From the human T2T-CHM13v2.0 reference genome, Homo sapiens, in assembly GCF_009914755.1 (NCBI RefSeq), contig NC_060946.1: 64,000 nucleotides of DNA; one strand, given 5' to 3'. Numbering within the stretch: the stretch's first letter is position 1; every line of letters starts with the position of its first letter. Position numbers and translations under genes: made by a program. The notes under the pieces are model-generated. The model was given only the letters and a program-made list of their open reading frames with translations. It was not told where the DNA came from and did no database searches. Shown here one piece after another: positions 28,301 through 40,200 of this stretch.

Positions 28301-29032
28301 GTCCTAATGTTCACTTCCAGATACTACAGAAAGAGTGTTTCAAAACTGCTGTACGAAAGGGAATGTTCAACTCTGTGACTTGAATGCACACATCACAAAG
28401 AAGTTTCTGAGGATGCTGCTGTCTACTTTTGATACGTAATCCCGTTTCCAACGAAATCCTCCAAGCTATCCAAATATCCACTTGCAGATTCCACAGAAAG
28501 ACTGTTTCAAAACTGCTCTGTCAATAGAAAGGTTCAACTCTGTTAGCTGCGTGCATATATCCCAAAGAAGATTCTGAGATTGCTTCTGTCTAGTTTTTAT
28601 GGGAAGATATTTCCCTTTTCACCATAGGCGTCAAGGCGCTCCAAATGTCCACTTCCAGATACTACAAAAAGAGTGTTTCAAACCTACTCTGTGAAAGGGA
28701 ATATTCAACTCTGTGACTTGAATGCAGATATCACAAAGAAGTTTCTGAGAATGCTTCTGTCGAGATTTTATATGAAGATATTCCCGTTTCGAACGAAATC
28801 CTGAAATCTATCCAAATATCCCCTCGCAGATTCTACAAAAAGAGTGTTTCAAAACTGCTCTGTAAAAAGAAAGGTTCAACTCTGTTAGTTGAGTACACAC
28901 ATCACAAACAAGTTTCACAGAATGCTTCTTTCTAGCTTGTAGGGGAAGATATTCCCTTTATCACCATGGTCCTCAAACCGTCCGAAACGTCCTCTTCCAT
29001 ATAGTACAAAAAGAGCGTTTCAAACCTGCTCT

Positions 29033-29716
29033 ATGAAAGGCAATGTTCAACTCTGTGACTTGAATGCAGACATCACAGAGCAGTTTCTGAGAATGCTTCT
29101 GTCCAGCCTTTACAGGAAGATATTCCTGTTTCCAACGAAATCTTCACAGCTATCCAAATATCCACTTGCAGATTCCACAGAAAGACTGTTTCTAAACTGC
29201 TCTTTCAATAGAAAGGTTCAACTGTGTTAGCTGCGTGCATATATCCCAAAGAAGATTCTGAGATTGCTTCTGTCTAGTTTTTATGGGAAGATATTTCCCT
29301 TTTCACCGTAGGCGTTAAGGCGCTCCAAATGTCCACTTCCAGATACTACAAAAAGAGTGTTTCAAACCTACTCTGTGAAAGGGAATATTCAACTCTGTGA
29401 CTAGTATGCACATATCACAAAGAAGTTTCTGAGAATGCATCTGTCGAGATTTTATATGAAGATATTCCCGTTTCCAACGAAATCCTGAAATCTATCCAAA
29501 TATCCCCTCGCAGATTCTTCAAAAAGAGTGTTTCAATACTGCTCTGTAAAAAGAAAGGTTCAACTCTGTTAGTTGAGTACACACATCACAAACTAGTTTC
29601 ACAGAATGCTTCTTTCTAGCTTGTAGGGGAAGATATTCCCTTTATCACCATGGGCCTCAAACCGTCCGAAACGTCCACTTCCATATACTACAAAAAGAGC
29701 GTTTCAAACCTGCTCT
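29033..29716 (-). repeat. 4-mer HOR structural variant (684 bp), copy 1; hybrid junction 29148-29175
   Basis: Landmark spacing 27993 to 30041 is 2,048 = 1,364+684. The sequence switches from ...tcttcacagctatcc... directly to ...gattccacagaaagactg.... Confidence 0.95.
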
Positions 29717-32700
29717 ATGAAAGGCAATGTTCAACTCTGTGACTTGAATGCAGACATCACAGAGCAGTTTCTGAGAATGCTTCTGTCTAGATTTTATAGG
29801 AAGATATTCCCGTTTCCAACGAAATCTTCACAGCTATCCAAATATCCACTTGCAGATTCTACAAAAAGAGTGTATCAAAACTGCTCTGTCAAAAGGAAGG
29901 TTCTTCTCTCTTAGTTGAGTACATACGTCATAAAGGAGTTTCTGAGAATGTTTCTGTCTAGTGGTTATGGGAAGATATTTGCTTTTTCACCGTAGGCCTC
30001 AGAGCTCTCCAAATATCCCCTTGCACATGCTACAAAAAGAGTGCTTCAAAGCTGCTCTCTGAAACGGAATGTTCAACTCTATGAGTTGAATGCAAACATC
30101 ACAAAGACGTTTCTGGGAATGCTTCTGTCTAGATTTGATATGAAGATATTCCCGTTTCCAACGAAATCTTCAAATCTATCCAAATGTCCACTTGCAGATT
30201 CAACAAAAAGTGTTTTTCAGAACTGCTCTATCAAAAGAAAGATCCACCTCTGTTAGCTGAGTTCACACATCACAAACAAGTTTATGAGAATGCTTCTGTC
30301 TAGTTTTTATTTGAAGATATTTCCTTTCTCACCATAGACCTGAAAGCTGTCTTAATGTTCACTTCCAGATACTACAGAAAGAGTGTTTCAAAACTGCTGT
30401 ACGAAAGGGAATGTTCAACACTGTGACTTGAATGCACACATCACAAAGAAGTTTCTGAGGATGCTGCTGTCTACTTTTGATACGTAATCCCGTTTCCAAC
30501 GAAATCCTCCAAGCTACCAAATATCCACTTGCAGATTCCACAGAAAGACTGTTTCAAAACTGCTCTGTCAATAGAAAGGTTCAACTCTGTTAGCTGCGTG
30601 CATATATCCCAAAGAAGATTCTGAGATTGCTTCTGTCTAGTTTTTATGGGAAGATATTTCCCTTTTCACCGTAGGCGTCAAGGCGCTCCAAATGTCCACT
30701 TCCAGATACTACAAAAAGAGTGTTTCAAACCCACTCTGTGAAAGGGAGTATTCAAATCTGTGACTTGAACACACATATCACAAAGAAGTTTCTGAGAATG
30801 CTTCTGTCGAGATTTTATATGAAGATATTCCCGTTTCCAATGAAATCCTGAAATCTATCCAATTATCCCCTCGCAGATTCTACAAAAAGAGTGTTTCAAA
30901 ACTGCTCTGTAAAAAGAAAGGTTCAACTCTGTTAGTTGAGTACACACATCACAAACAAGTTTCACAGAATGCTTCTTTCTAGCTTGTAGGGGAAGATATT
31001 CCCTTTATCACCATGGGCCTCAAACCGTCCGAAACGTCCACTTTTATATACTACAAAAAGAGCGTTTCAAACCTGCTCTATGAAAGGCAATGTTCAACTC
31101 TGTGACTTGAATGCAGACATCACAGAGCAGTTTCTGAGAATGCTTCTGTCTAGATTTTATAGGAAGATATTCCCGTTTCCAAAGAAATCTTCACAGCTAT
31201 CCAAATATCCACTTGCAGATTCTACAAAAAGAGTGTATCAAAACTGCTCTGTCAAAAGGAAGGTTCTTCTCTGTTAGGTGAGTGCATACGTCATAAAGGA
31301 GTTTCTGAGAATGTTTCTGTCTAGTGGTTATGGGAAGATATTTGCTTTTTCACCGTAGGCCTCAGAGTGCTCCAAATATCCCCTTGCACATACTACAAAA
31401 AGAGTGCTTCAAAGCTGCTCTCTGAAACGGAATGTTCAAATCTATGAGTTGAATGCAAACATCACAAAGACGTTTCTGAGAATGCTTCTGTCTAGATTTG
31501 ATATGAAGATATTCCCGTTTCCAACGAAATCTTCAAATCTATCCAAATCTCCACTTGCAGATTCAACAAAAAGTGTTTTTCAGAACTGCTCTATCAAAAG
31601 AAAGATCCACCTCTGTTAGCTGAGTTCACACATCACAAACAAGTTTATGAGAATGCTTCTGTCTAGTTTTTATTTGAAGATATTGCCTTTCTCACCATAG
31701 ACCTGAAAGCTGTCCTAATGTTCACTTCCAGATACTACAGAAAGAGTGTTTCAAAACTGCTGTACGAAAGGGAATGTTCAACTCTGTGACTTGAATGCAC
31801 ACATCACAAAGAAGTTTCTGAGGAGGCTGCTGTCTACTTTTTATACGTAATCCCGTTTCCAACGAAATCCTCCAAGCTATCCAAATATCCACTTGCAGAT
31901 TCCACAGAAAGACTGTTTCTAAACTGCTCTGTCAATAGAAAGGTTCAACTCTGTTAGCTGCGTGCATATATCCCAAAGAAGATTCTGAGATTCCTTCTGT
32001 CTAGTTTTTATGGGAAGATATTTCCCTTTTCACCGTAGGGGTCAAGGCGCTCCAAATGTCCACTTCCAGATACTACAAAAAGAGTGTTTCAAACCTACTC
32101 TGTGAAAGGGAATATTCAACTCTGTGACTTGAATGCAGATATCATAAAGAAGTTTCTGAGAATGCTTCTGTCGAGATTTTATATGAAGCTATTCCCGTTT
32201 CCAACGAAATCCTGAAATCTATCCAAATATCCCCTCGCAGATTCTACAAAAAGAGTGTTTCAAAACTGCTCTGTAAAAAGAAAGTTTCAACTCTGTTAGT
32301 TGAGTACACACATCACAAACAAGTTTCACAGAATGCTTCTTTCTAGCTTGTAGGGGAAGATATTCCCTTTATCACCATGGGCCTCAAACCGTCCGAAACG
32401 TCCACTTCCATATACTACAAAAAGAGCGTTTCAAACCTGCTCTATGAAAGGCAATGTTCAACTCTGTGACTTGAATGCAGACATCACAGAGCAGTTTCTG
32501 AGAATGCTTCTGTCTAGATTTTATAGGAAGATATTCCCGTTTCCAACGAAATCTTCACAGCTATCCAAATATCCACTTGCAGATTCTACAAAAAGAGTGT
32601 ATGAAAACTGCTCTGTCAAAAGGAAGGTTCTTCTCTGTTAGGTGAGTGCATACGTCATAAAGGAGTTTCTGAGAATGTTTCTGTCTAGTGGTTATGGGAA

Positions 32701-35700
32701 GATATTTGCTTTTTCACCGTAGGCCTCAGAGCGCTCCAAATATCCCCTTGCACATACTACAAAAAGAGTGCTTCAAAGCTGCTCTCTGAAACGGAATGTT
32801 CAAATCTATGAGTTGAATGCAAACATCACAAAGACGTTTCTGAGAATGCTTCTGTCTAGATTTGATATGAAGATATTCCCGTTTCCAACGAAATCTTCAA
32901 ATCTATCCAAATCTCCACTTGCAGATTCAACAAAAAGTGTTTTTCAGAACTGCTCTATCAAAAGAAAGATCCACCTCTGTTAGCTGAGTTCACACATCAC
33001 AAACAAGTTTATGAGAATGCTTCTGTCTAGTTTTTATTTGAAGATATTTCCTTTCTCACCATAGACCTGAAAGCTGTCCTAATGTTCACTTCCAGATACT
33101 ACAGAAAGAGTGTTTCAAAACTGCTGTACGAAAGGGAATGTTCAACTCTGTGACTTGAATGCACACATCACAAAGAAGTTTCTGAGGAGGCTGCTGTCTA
33201 CTTTTTATACGTAATCCCGTTTCCAACGAAATCCTCCAAGCTATCCAAATATCCACTTGCAGATTCCACAGAAAGACTGTTTCTAAACTGCTCTGTCAAT
33301 AGAAAGGTTCAACTCTGTTAGCTGCGTGCATATATCCCAAAGAAGATTCTGAGATTCCTTCTGTCTAGTTTTTATGGGAAGATATTTCCCTTTTCACCGT
33401 AGGGGTCAAGGCGCTCCAAATGTCCACTTCCAGATACTACAAAAAGAGTGTTTCAAACCTACTCTGTGAAAGGGAATATTCAACTCTGTGACTTGAATGC
33501 AGATATCATAAAGAAGTTTCTGAGAATGCTTCTGTCGAGATTTTATATGAAGATATTCCCGTTTCCAACGAAATCCTGAAATCTATCCAAATATCCCCTC
33601 GCAGATTCTACAAAAAGAGTGTTTCAAAACTGCTCTGTAAAAAGAAAGGTTCAACTCTGTTAGTTGAGTACACACATCACAAACAAGTTTCACAGAATGC
33701 TTCTTTCTAGCTTGTAGGGGAAGATATTCCCTTTATCACCATGGGCCTCAAACCGTCCGAAACGTCCACTTCCATATACTACAAAAAGAGCGTTTCAAAC
33801 CTGCTCTATGAAAGGCAATGTTCAACTCTGTGACTTGAATGCAGACATCACAGAGCAGTTTCTGAGAATGCTTCTGTCTAGATTTTATAGGAAGATATTC
33901 CCGTTTCCAACGAAATCTTCACAGATATCCAAATATCCACTTGCAGATGCTACAAAAAGAGTGTATCAAAAATGCTCTGTCAAAAGGAAGGTTCTTCTCT
34001 GTTAGGTGAGTGCATACGTCATAAAGGAGTTTCTGAGAATGTTTCTGTATAGTGGTTATGGGAAGATATTTGCTTTTTCACCGTAGGCCTCAGAGCGCTC
34101 AAAATATCCACTTGCACATACTACAAAAAGAGTGCTTCAAAGCTGCTCTCTGAAAGGGAATGTTCAACTCTATGAGTTGAATGCAAACATCACAAAGACG
34201 TTTCTGAGAATGCTTCTGTCTAGATTTGATATGAAGATATTCCCGTTTCCAACGAAATCTTGAAATCTATCCAAATGTCCACTTGCAGATTCAACAAAAA
34301 GTGTTTTTCAGAACTGCTCTATCAAAAGAAAGATCCACCTCTGTTAGCTGAGTTCACACATCACAAACAAGTTTATGAGAATGCTTCTGTCTAGTTTTTA
34401 TTTGAAGATATTTCCTTTCTCACCATAGACCTGAAAGCTGTCCTAATGTTCACTTCCAGATACTACAGAAAGAGTGTTTCAAAACTGCTGTACGAAAGGG
34501 AATGTTCAACTCTGTGACTTGAATGCACACATCACAAAGAAGTTTCTGAGGATGCTGCTGTCTACTTTTTATACGTAATCCCGTTTCCAACGAAATCCTC
34601 CAAGCTATCCAAATATCCACTTGCAGATTCCACAGAAAGACTGTTTCAAAACTGCTCTGTCAATAGAAAGGTTCAACTCTGTTAGCTGCGTGCATATATC
34701 CCAAAGAAGATTCTGAGATTGCTTCTGTCTAGTTTTTATGAGAAGATATTTCCCTTTTCACCGTAGGCGTCAAGGCGCTCCAAATGTCCACTTCCAGATA
34801 CTACAAAAAGAGTGTTTCAAACCTACTCTGTGAAAGGGAATATTCAACTCTGTGACTTGAATGCAGATATCACAAAGAAGTTTCTGAGAATGCTTCTGTC
34901 GAGATTTTATATGAAGATATTCCCGTTTCCAACGAAATCCTGAAATCTATCCAAATATCCCCTCTCAGATTCTACAAAAAGAGTGTTTCAAAACTGCTCT
35001 GTAAAAAGAAAGGTTCAACTCTGTTAGTTGAGTACACACATCACAAACAAGTTTCACAGAATGCTTCTTTCTAGCTTGTAGGGGAAGATATTCCCTTTAT
35101 CACCATGGGCCTCAAACCGTCCGAAACGTCCTCTTCCATATACTACAAAAAGAGCGTTTCAAACCTGCTCTATGAAAGGCAATGTTCAACTCTGTGACTT
35201 GAATGCAGACATCACAGAGCAGTTTCTGAGAATGCTTCTGTCTAGATTTTATAGGAAGATATTCCCGTTTCCAACGAAATCTTCACAGCTATCCAAATAT
35301 CCACTTGCAGATTCTACAAAAAGAGTGTATCAAAACTGCTCTGTCAAAAGGAAGGTTCTTCTCTGTTAGGTGAGTGCACACGTCATAAAGGAGTTTCTGA
35401 GAATGTTTCTGTCTAGTGGTTATGGGAAGATATTTGCTTTTTCACCGTAGGCCTCAGAGCGCTCCAAATATCCACTTGCACATACTACAAAAAGAGTGCT
35501 TCAAAGCTGCTCTCTGAAACGGAATGTTCAACTCTATGAGTTGAATGCAAACATCACAAAGACGTTTCTGAGAATGCTTCTGTCTAGATTTGATATGAAG
35601 ATATTCCCGTTTCCAAGGAAATCTTCAAAACTATCCAAATGTCCACTTGCAGATTCAACAAAAAGTGTTTTTCAGAACTGCTCTATCAAAAGAAAGATCC

Positions 35701-36535
35701 ACCGTTGTTAGCTGAGTTCACACATCACAAACAAGTTTATGAGAATGCTTCTGTCCAGTTTTTATTTGAAGATATTTCCTTTCTCAAAATAGACCTGAAA
35801 GCTGTCCTAATGTTCACTTCCAGATACTACAGAAAGAGTGTTTCAAAACTGCTGTACGAAAGGGAATGTTCAACTCTGTGACTTGAATGCACACATCACA
35901 AAGAAGTTTCTGAGGATGCTGCTGTCTACTTTTGATACGTAATCCCGTTTCCAACGAAATCCTCCAAGCTATCCAAATATCCACTTGCAGATTCCACAGA
36001 AAGACTGTTTCAAAACTGCTCTGTCAATAGAAAGGTTCAACTCTGTTAGCTGCGTGCATATATCCCAAAGAAGATTCTGAGATTGCTTCTGTCTAGTTTT
36101 TATGGGAAGATATTTCCCTTTTCACCATAGGCGTCAAGGCGCTCCAAATGTCCACTTCCAGATACTACAAAAAGAGTGTTTCAAACCTACTCTGTGAAAG
36201 GGAATATTCAACTCTGTGACTTGAATGCAGATATCACAAAGAAGTTTCTGAGAATGCTTCTGTCGAGATTTTATATGAAGATATTCCCGTTTCGAACGAA
36301 ATCCTGAAATCTATCCAAATATCCCCTCGCAGATTCTACAAAAAGAGTGTTTCAAAACTGCTCTGTAAAAAGAAAGGTTCAACTCTGTTAGTTGAGTACA
36401 CACATCACAAACAAGTTTCACAGAATGCTTCTTTCTAGCTTGTAGGGGAAGATATTCCCTTTATCACCATGGTCCTCAAACCGTCCGAAACGTCCTCTTC
36501 CATATAGTACAAAAAGAGCGTTTCAAACCTGCTCT

Positions 36536-37219
36536 ATGAAAGGCAATGTTCAACTCTGTGACTTGAATGCAGACATCACAGAGCAGTTTCTGAGAATGCT
36601 TCTGTCCAGCCTTTACAGGAAGATATTCCTGTTTCCAACGAAATCTTCACAGCTATCCAAATATCCACTTGCAGATTCCACAGAAAGACTGTTTCTAAAC
36701 TGCTCTTTCAATAGAAAGGTTCAACTGTGTTAGCTGCGTGCATATATCCCAAAGAAGATTCTGAGATTGCTTCTGTCTAGTTTTTATGGGAAGATATTTC
36801 CCTTTTCACCGTAGGCGTTAAGGCGCTCCAAATGTCCACTTCCAGATACTACAAAAAGAGTGTTTCAAACCTACTCTGTGAAAGGGAATATTCAACTCTG
36901 TGACTAGTATGCACATATCACAAAGAAGTTTCTGAGAATGCATCTGTCGAGATTTTATATGAAGATATTCCCGTTTCCAACGAAATCCTGAAATCTATCC
37001 AAATATCCCCTCGCAGATTCTTCAAAAAGAGTGTTTCAATACTGCTCTGTAAAAAGAAAGGTTCAACTCTGTTAGTTGAGTACACACATCACAAACTAGT
37101 TTCACAGAATGCTTCTTTCTAGCTTGTAGGGGAAGATATTCCCTTTATCACCATGGGCCTCAAACCGTCCGAAACGTCCACTTCCATATACTACAAAAAG
37201 AGCGTTTCAAACCTGCTCT
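36536..37219 (-). repeat. 4-mer HOR structural variant, copy 2; junction 36651-36678
   Basis: Spacing 35496 to 37544 is 2,048, with the same junction and private SNVs (gtccagcctttacagg, ttcctgtttcc). Confidence 0.95.
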
Positions 37220-40200
37220 ATGAAAGGCAATGTTCAACTCTGTGACTTGAATGCAGACATCACAGAGCAGTTTCTGAGAATGCTTCTGTCTAGATTTTAT
37301 AGGAAGATATTCCCGTTTCCAACGAAATCTTCACAGCTATCCAAATATCCACTTGCAGATTCTACAAAAAGAGTGTATCAAAACTGCTCTGTCAAAAGGA
37401 AGGTTCTTCTCTCTTAGTTGAGTACATACGTCATAAAGGAGTTTCTGAGAATGTTTCTGTCTAGTGGTTATGGGAAGATATTTGCTTTTTCACCGTAGGC
37501 CTCAGAGCTCTCCAAATATCCCCTTGCACATGCTACAAAAAGAGTGCTTCAAAGCTGCTCTCTGAAACGGAATGTTCAACTCTATGAGTTGAATGCAAAC
37601 ATCACAAAGACGTTTCTGGGAATGCTTCTGTCTAGATTTGATATGAAGATATTCCCGTTTCCAACGAAATCTTCAAATCTATCCAAATGTCCACTTGGAG
37701 ATTCAACAAAAAGTGTTTTTCAGAACTGCTCTATCAAAAGAAAGATCCACCTCTGTTAGCTGAGTTCACACATCACAAACAAGTTTATGAGAATGCTTCT
37801 GTCTAGTTTTTATTTGAAGATATTTCCTTTCTCACCATAGACCTGAAAGCTGTCTTAATGTTCACTTCCAGATACTACAGAAAGAGTGTTTCAAAACTGC
37901 TGTACGAAAGGGAATGTTCAACACTGTGACTTGAATGCACACATCACAAAGAAGTTTCTGAGGATGCTGCTGTCTACTTTTGATACGTAATCCCGTTTCC
38001 AACGAAATCCTCCAAGCTACCAAATATCCACTTGCAGATTCCACAGAAAGACTGTTTCAAAACTGCTCTGTCAATAGAAAGGTTCAACTCTGTTAGCTGC
38101 GTGCATATATCCCAAAGAAGATTCTGAGATTGCTTCTGTCTAGTTTTTATGGGAAGATATTTCCCTTTTCACCGTAGGCGTCAAGGCGCTCCAAATGTCC
38201 ACTTCCAGATACTACAAAAAGAGTGTTTCAAACCCACTCTGTGAAAGGGAGTATTCAAATCTGTGACTTGAACACACATATCACAAAGAAGTTTCTGAGA
38301 ATGCTTCTGTCGAGATTTTATATGAAGATATTCCCGTTTCCAATGAAATCCTGAAATCTATCCAATTATCCCCTCGCAGATTCTACAAAAAGAGTGTTTC
38401 AAAACTGCTCTGTAAAAAGAAAGGTTCAACTCTGTTAGTTGAGTACACACATCACAAACAAGTTTCACAGAATGCTTCTTTCTAGCTTGTAGGGGAAGAT
38501 ATTCCCTTTATCACCATGGGCCTCAAACCGTCCGAAACGTCCACTTCCATATACTACAAAAAGAGCGTTTCAAACCTGCTCTATGAAAGGCAATGTTCAA
38601 CTCTGTGACTTGAATGCAGACATCACAGAGCAGTTTCTGAGAATGCTTCTGTCTAGATTTTATAGGAAGATATTCCCGTTTCCAACGAAATCTTCACAGC
38701 TATCCAAATATCCACTTGCAGATTCTACAAAAAGAGTGTATGAAAACTGCTCTGTCAAAAGGAAGGTTCTTCTCTGTTAGGTGAGTGCATACGTCATAAA
38801 GGAGTTTCTGAGAATGTTTCTGTCTAGTGGTTATGGGAAGATATTTGCTTTTTCACCGTAGGCCTCAGAGCGCTCCAAATATCCCCTTGCACATACTACA
38901 AAAAGAGTGCTTCAAAGCTGCTCTCTGAAACGGAATGTTCAAATCTATGAGTTGAATGCAAACATCACAAAGACGTTTCTGAGAATGCTTCTGTCTAGAT
39001 TTGATATGAAGATATTCCCGTTTCCAACGAAATCTTCAAATCTATCCAAATCTCCACTTGCAGATTCAACAAAAAGTGTTTTTCAGAACTGCTCTATCAA
39101 AAGAAAGATCCACCTCTGTTAGCTGAGTTCACACATCACAAACAAGTTTATGAGAATGCTTCTGTCTAGTTTTTATTTGAAGATATTTCCTTTCTCACCA
39201 TAGACCTGAAAGCTGTCCTAATGTTCACTTCCAGATACTACAGAAAGAGTGTTTCAAAACTGCTGTACGAAAGGGAATGTTCAACTCTGTGACTTGAATG
39301 CACACATCACAAAGAAGTTTCTGAGGAGGCTGCTGTCTACTTTTTATACGTAATCCCGTTTCCAACGAAATCCTCCAAGCTATCCAAATATCCACTTGCA
39401 GATTCCACAGAAAGACTGTTTCTAAACTGCTCTGTCAATAGAAAGGTTCAACTCTGTTAGCTGCGTGCATATATCCCAAAGAAGATTCTGAGATTCCTTC
39501 TGTCTAGTTTTTATGGGAAGATATTTCCCTTTTCACCGTAGGGGTCAAGGCGCTCCAAATGTCCACTTCCAGATACTACAAAAAGAGTGTTTCAAACCTA
39601 CTCTGTGAAAGGGAATATTCAACTCTGTGACTTGAATGCAGATATCATAAAGAAGTTTCTGAGAATGCTTCTGTCGAGATTTTATATGAAGATATTCCCG
39701 TTTCCAACGAAATCCTGAAATCTATCCAAATATCCCCTCGCAGATTCTACAAAAAGAGTGTTTCAAAACTGCTCTGTAAAAAGAAAGGTTCAACTCTGTT
39801 AGTTGAGTACACACATCACAAACAAGTTTCACAGAATGCTTCTTTCTAGCTTGTAGGGGAAGATATTCCCTTTATCACCATGGGCCTCAAACCGTCCGAA
39901 ACGTCCACTTCCATATACTACAAAAAGAGCGTTTCAAACCTGCTCTATGAAAGGCAATGTTCAACTCTGTGACTTGAATGCAGACATCACAGAGCAGTTT
40001 CTGAGAATGCTTCTGTCTAGATTTTATAGGAAGATATTCCCGTTTCCAACGAAATCTTCACAGATATCCAAATATCCACTTGCAGATGCTACAAAAAGAG
40101 TGTATCAAAAATGCTCTGTCAAAAGGAAGGTTCTTCTCTGTTAGGTGAGTGCATACGTCATAAAGGAGTTTCTGAGAATGTTTCTGTATAGTGGTTATGG

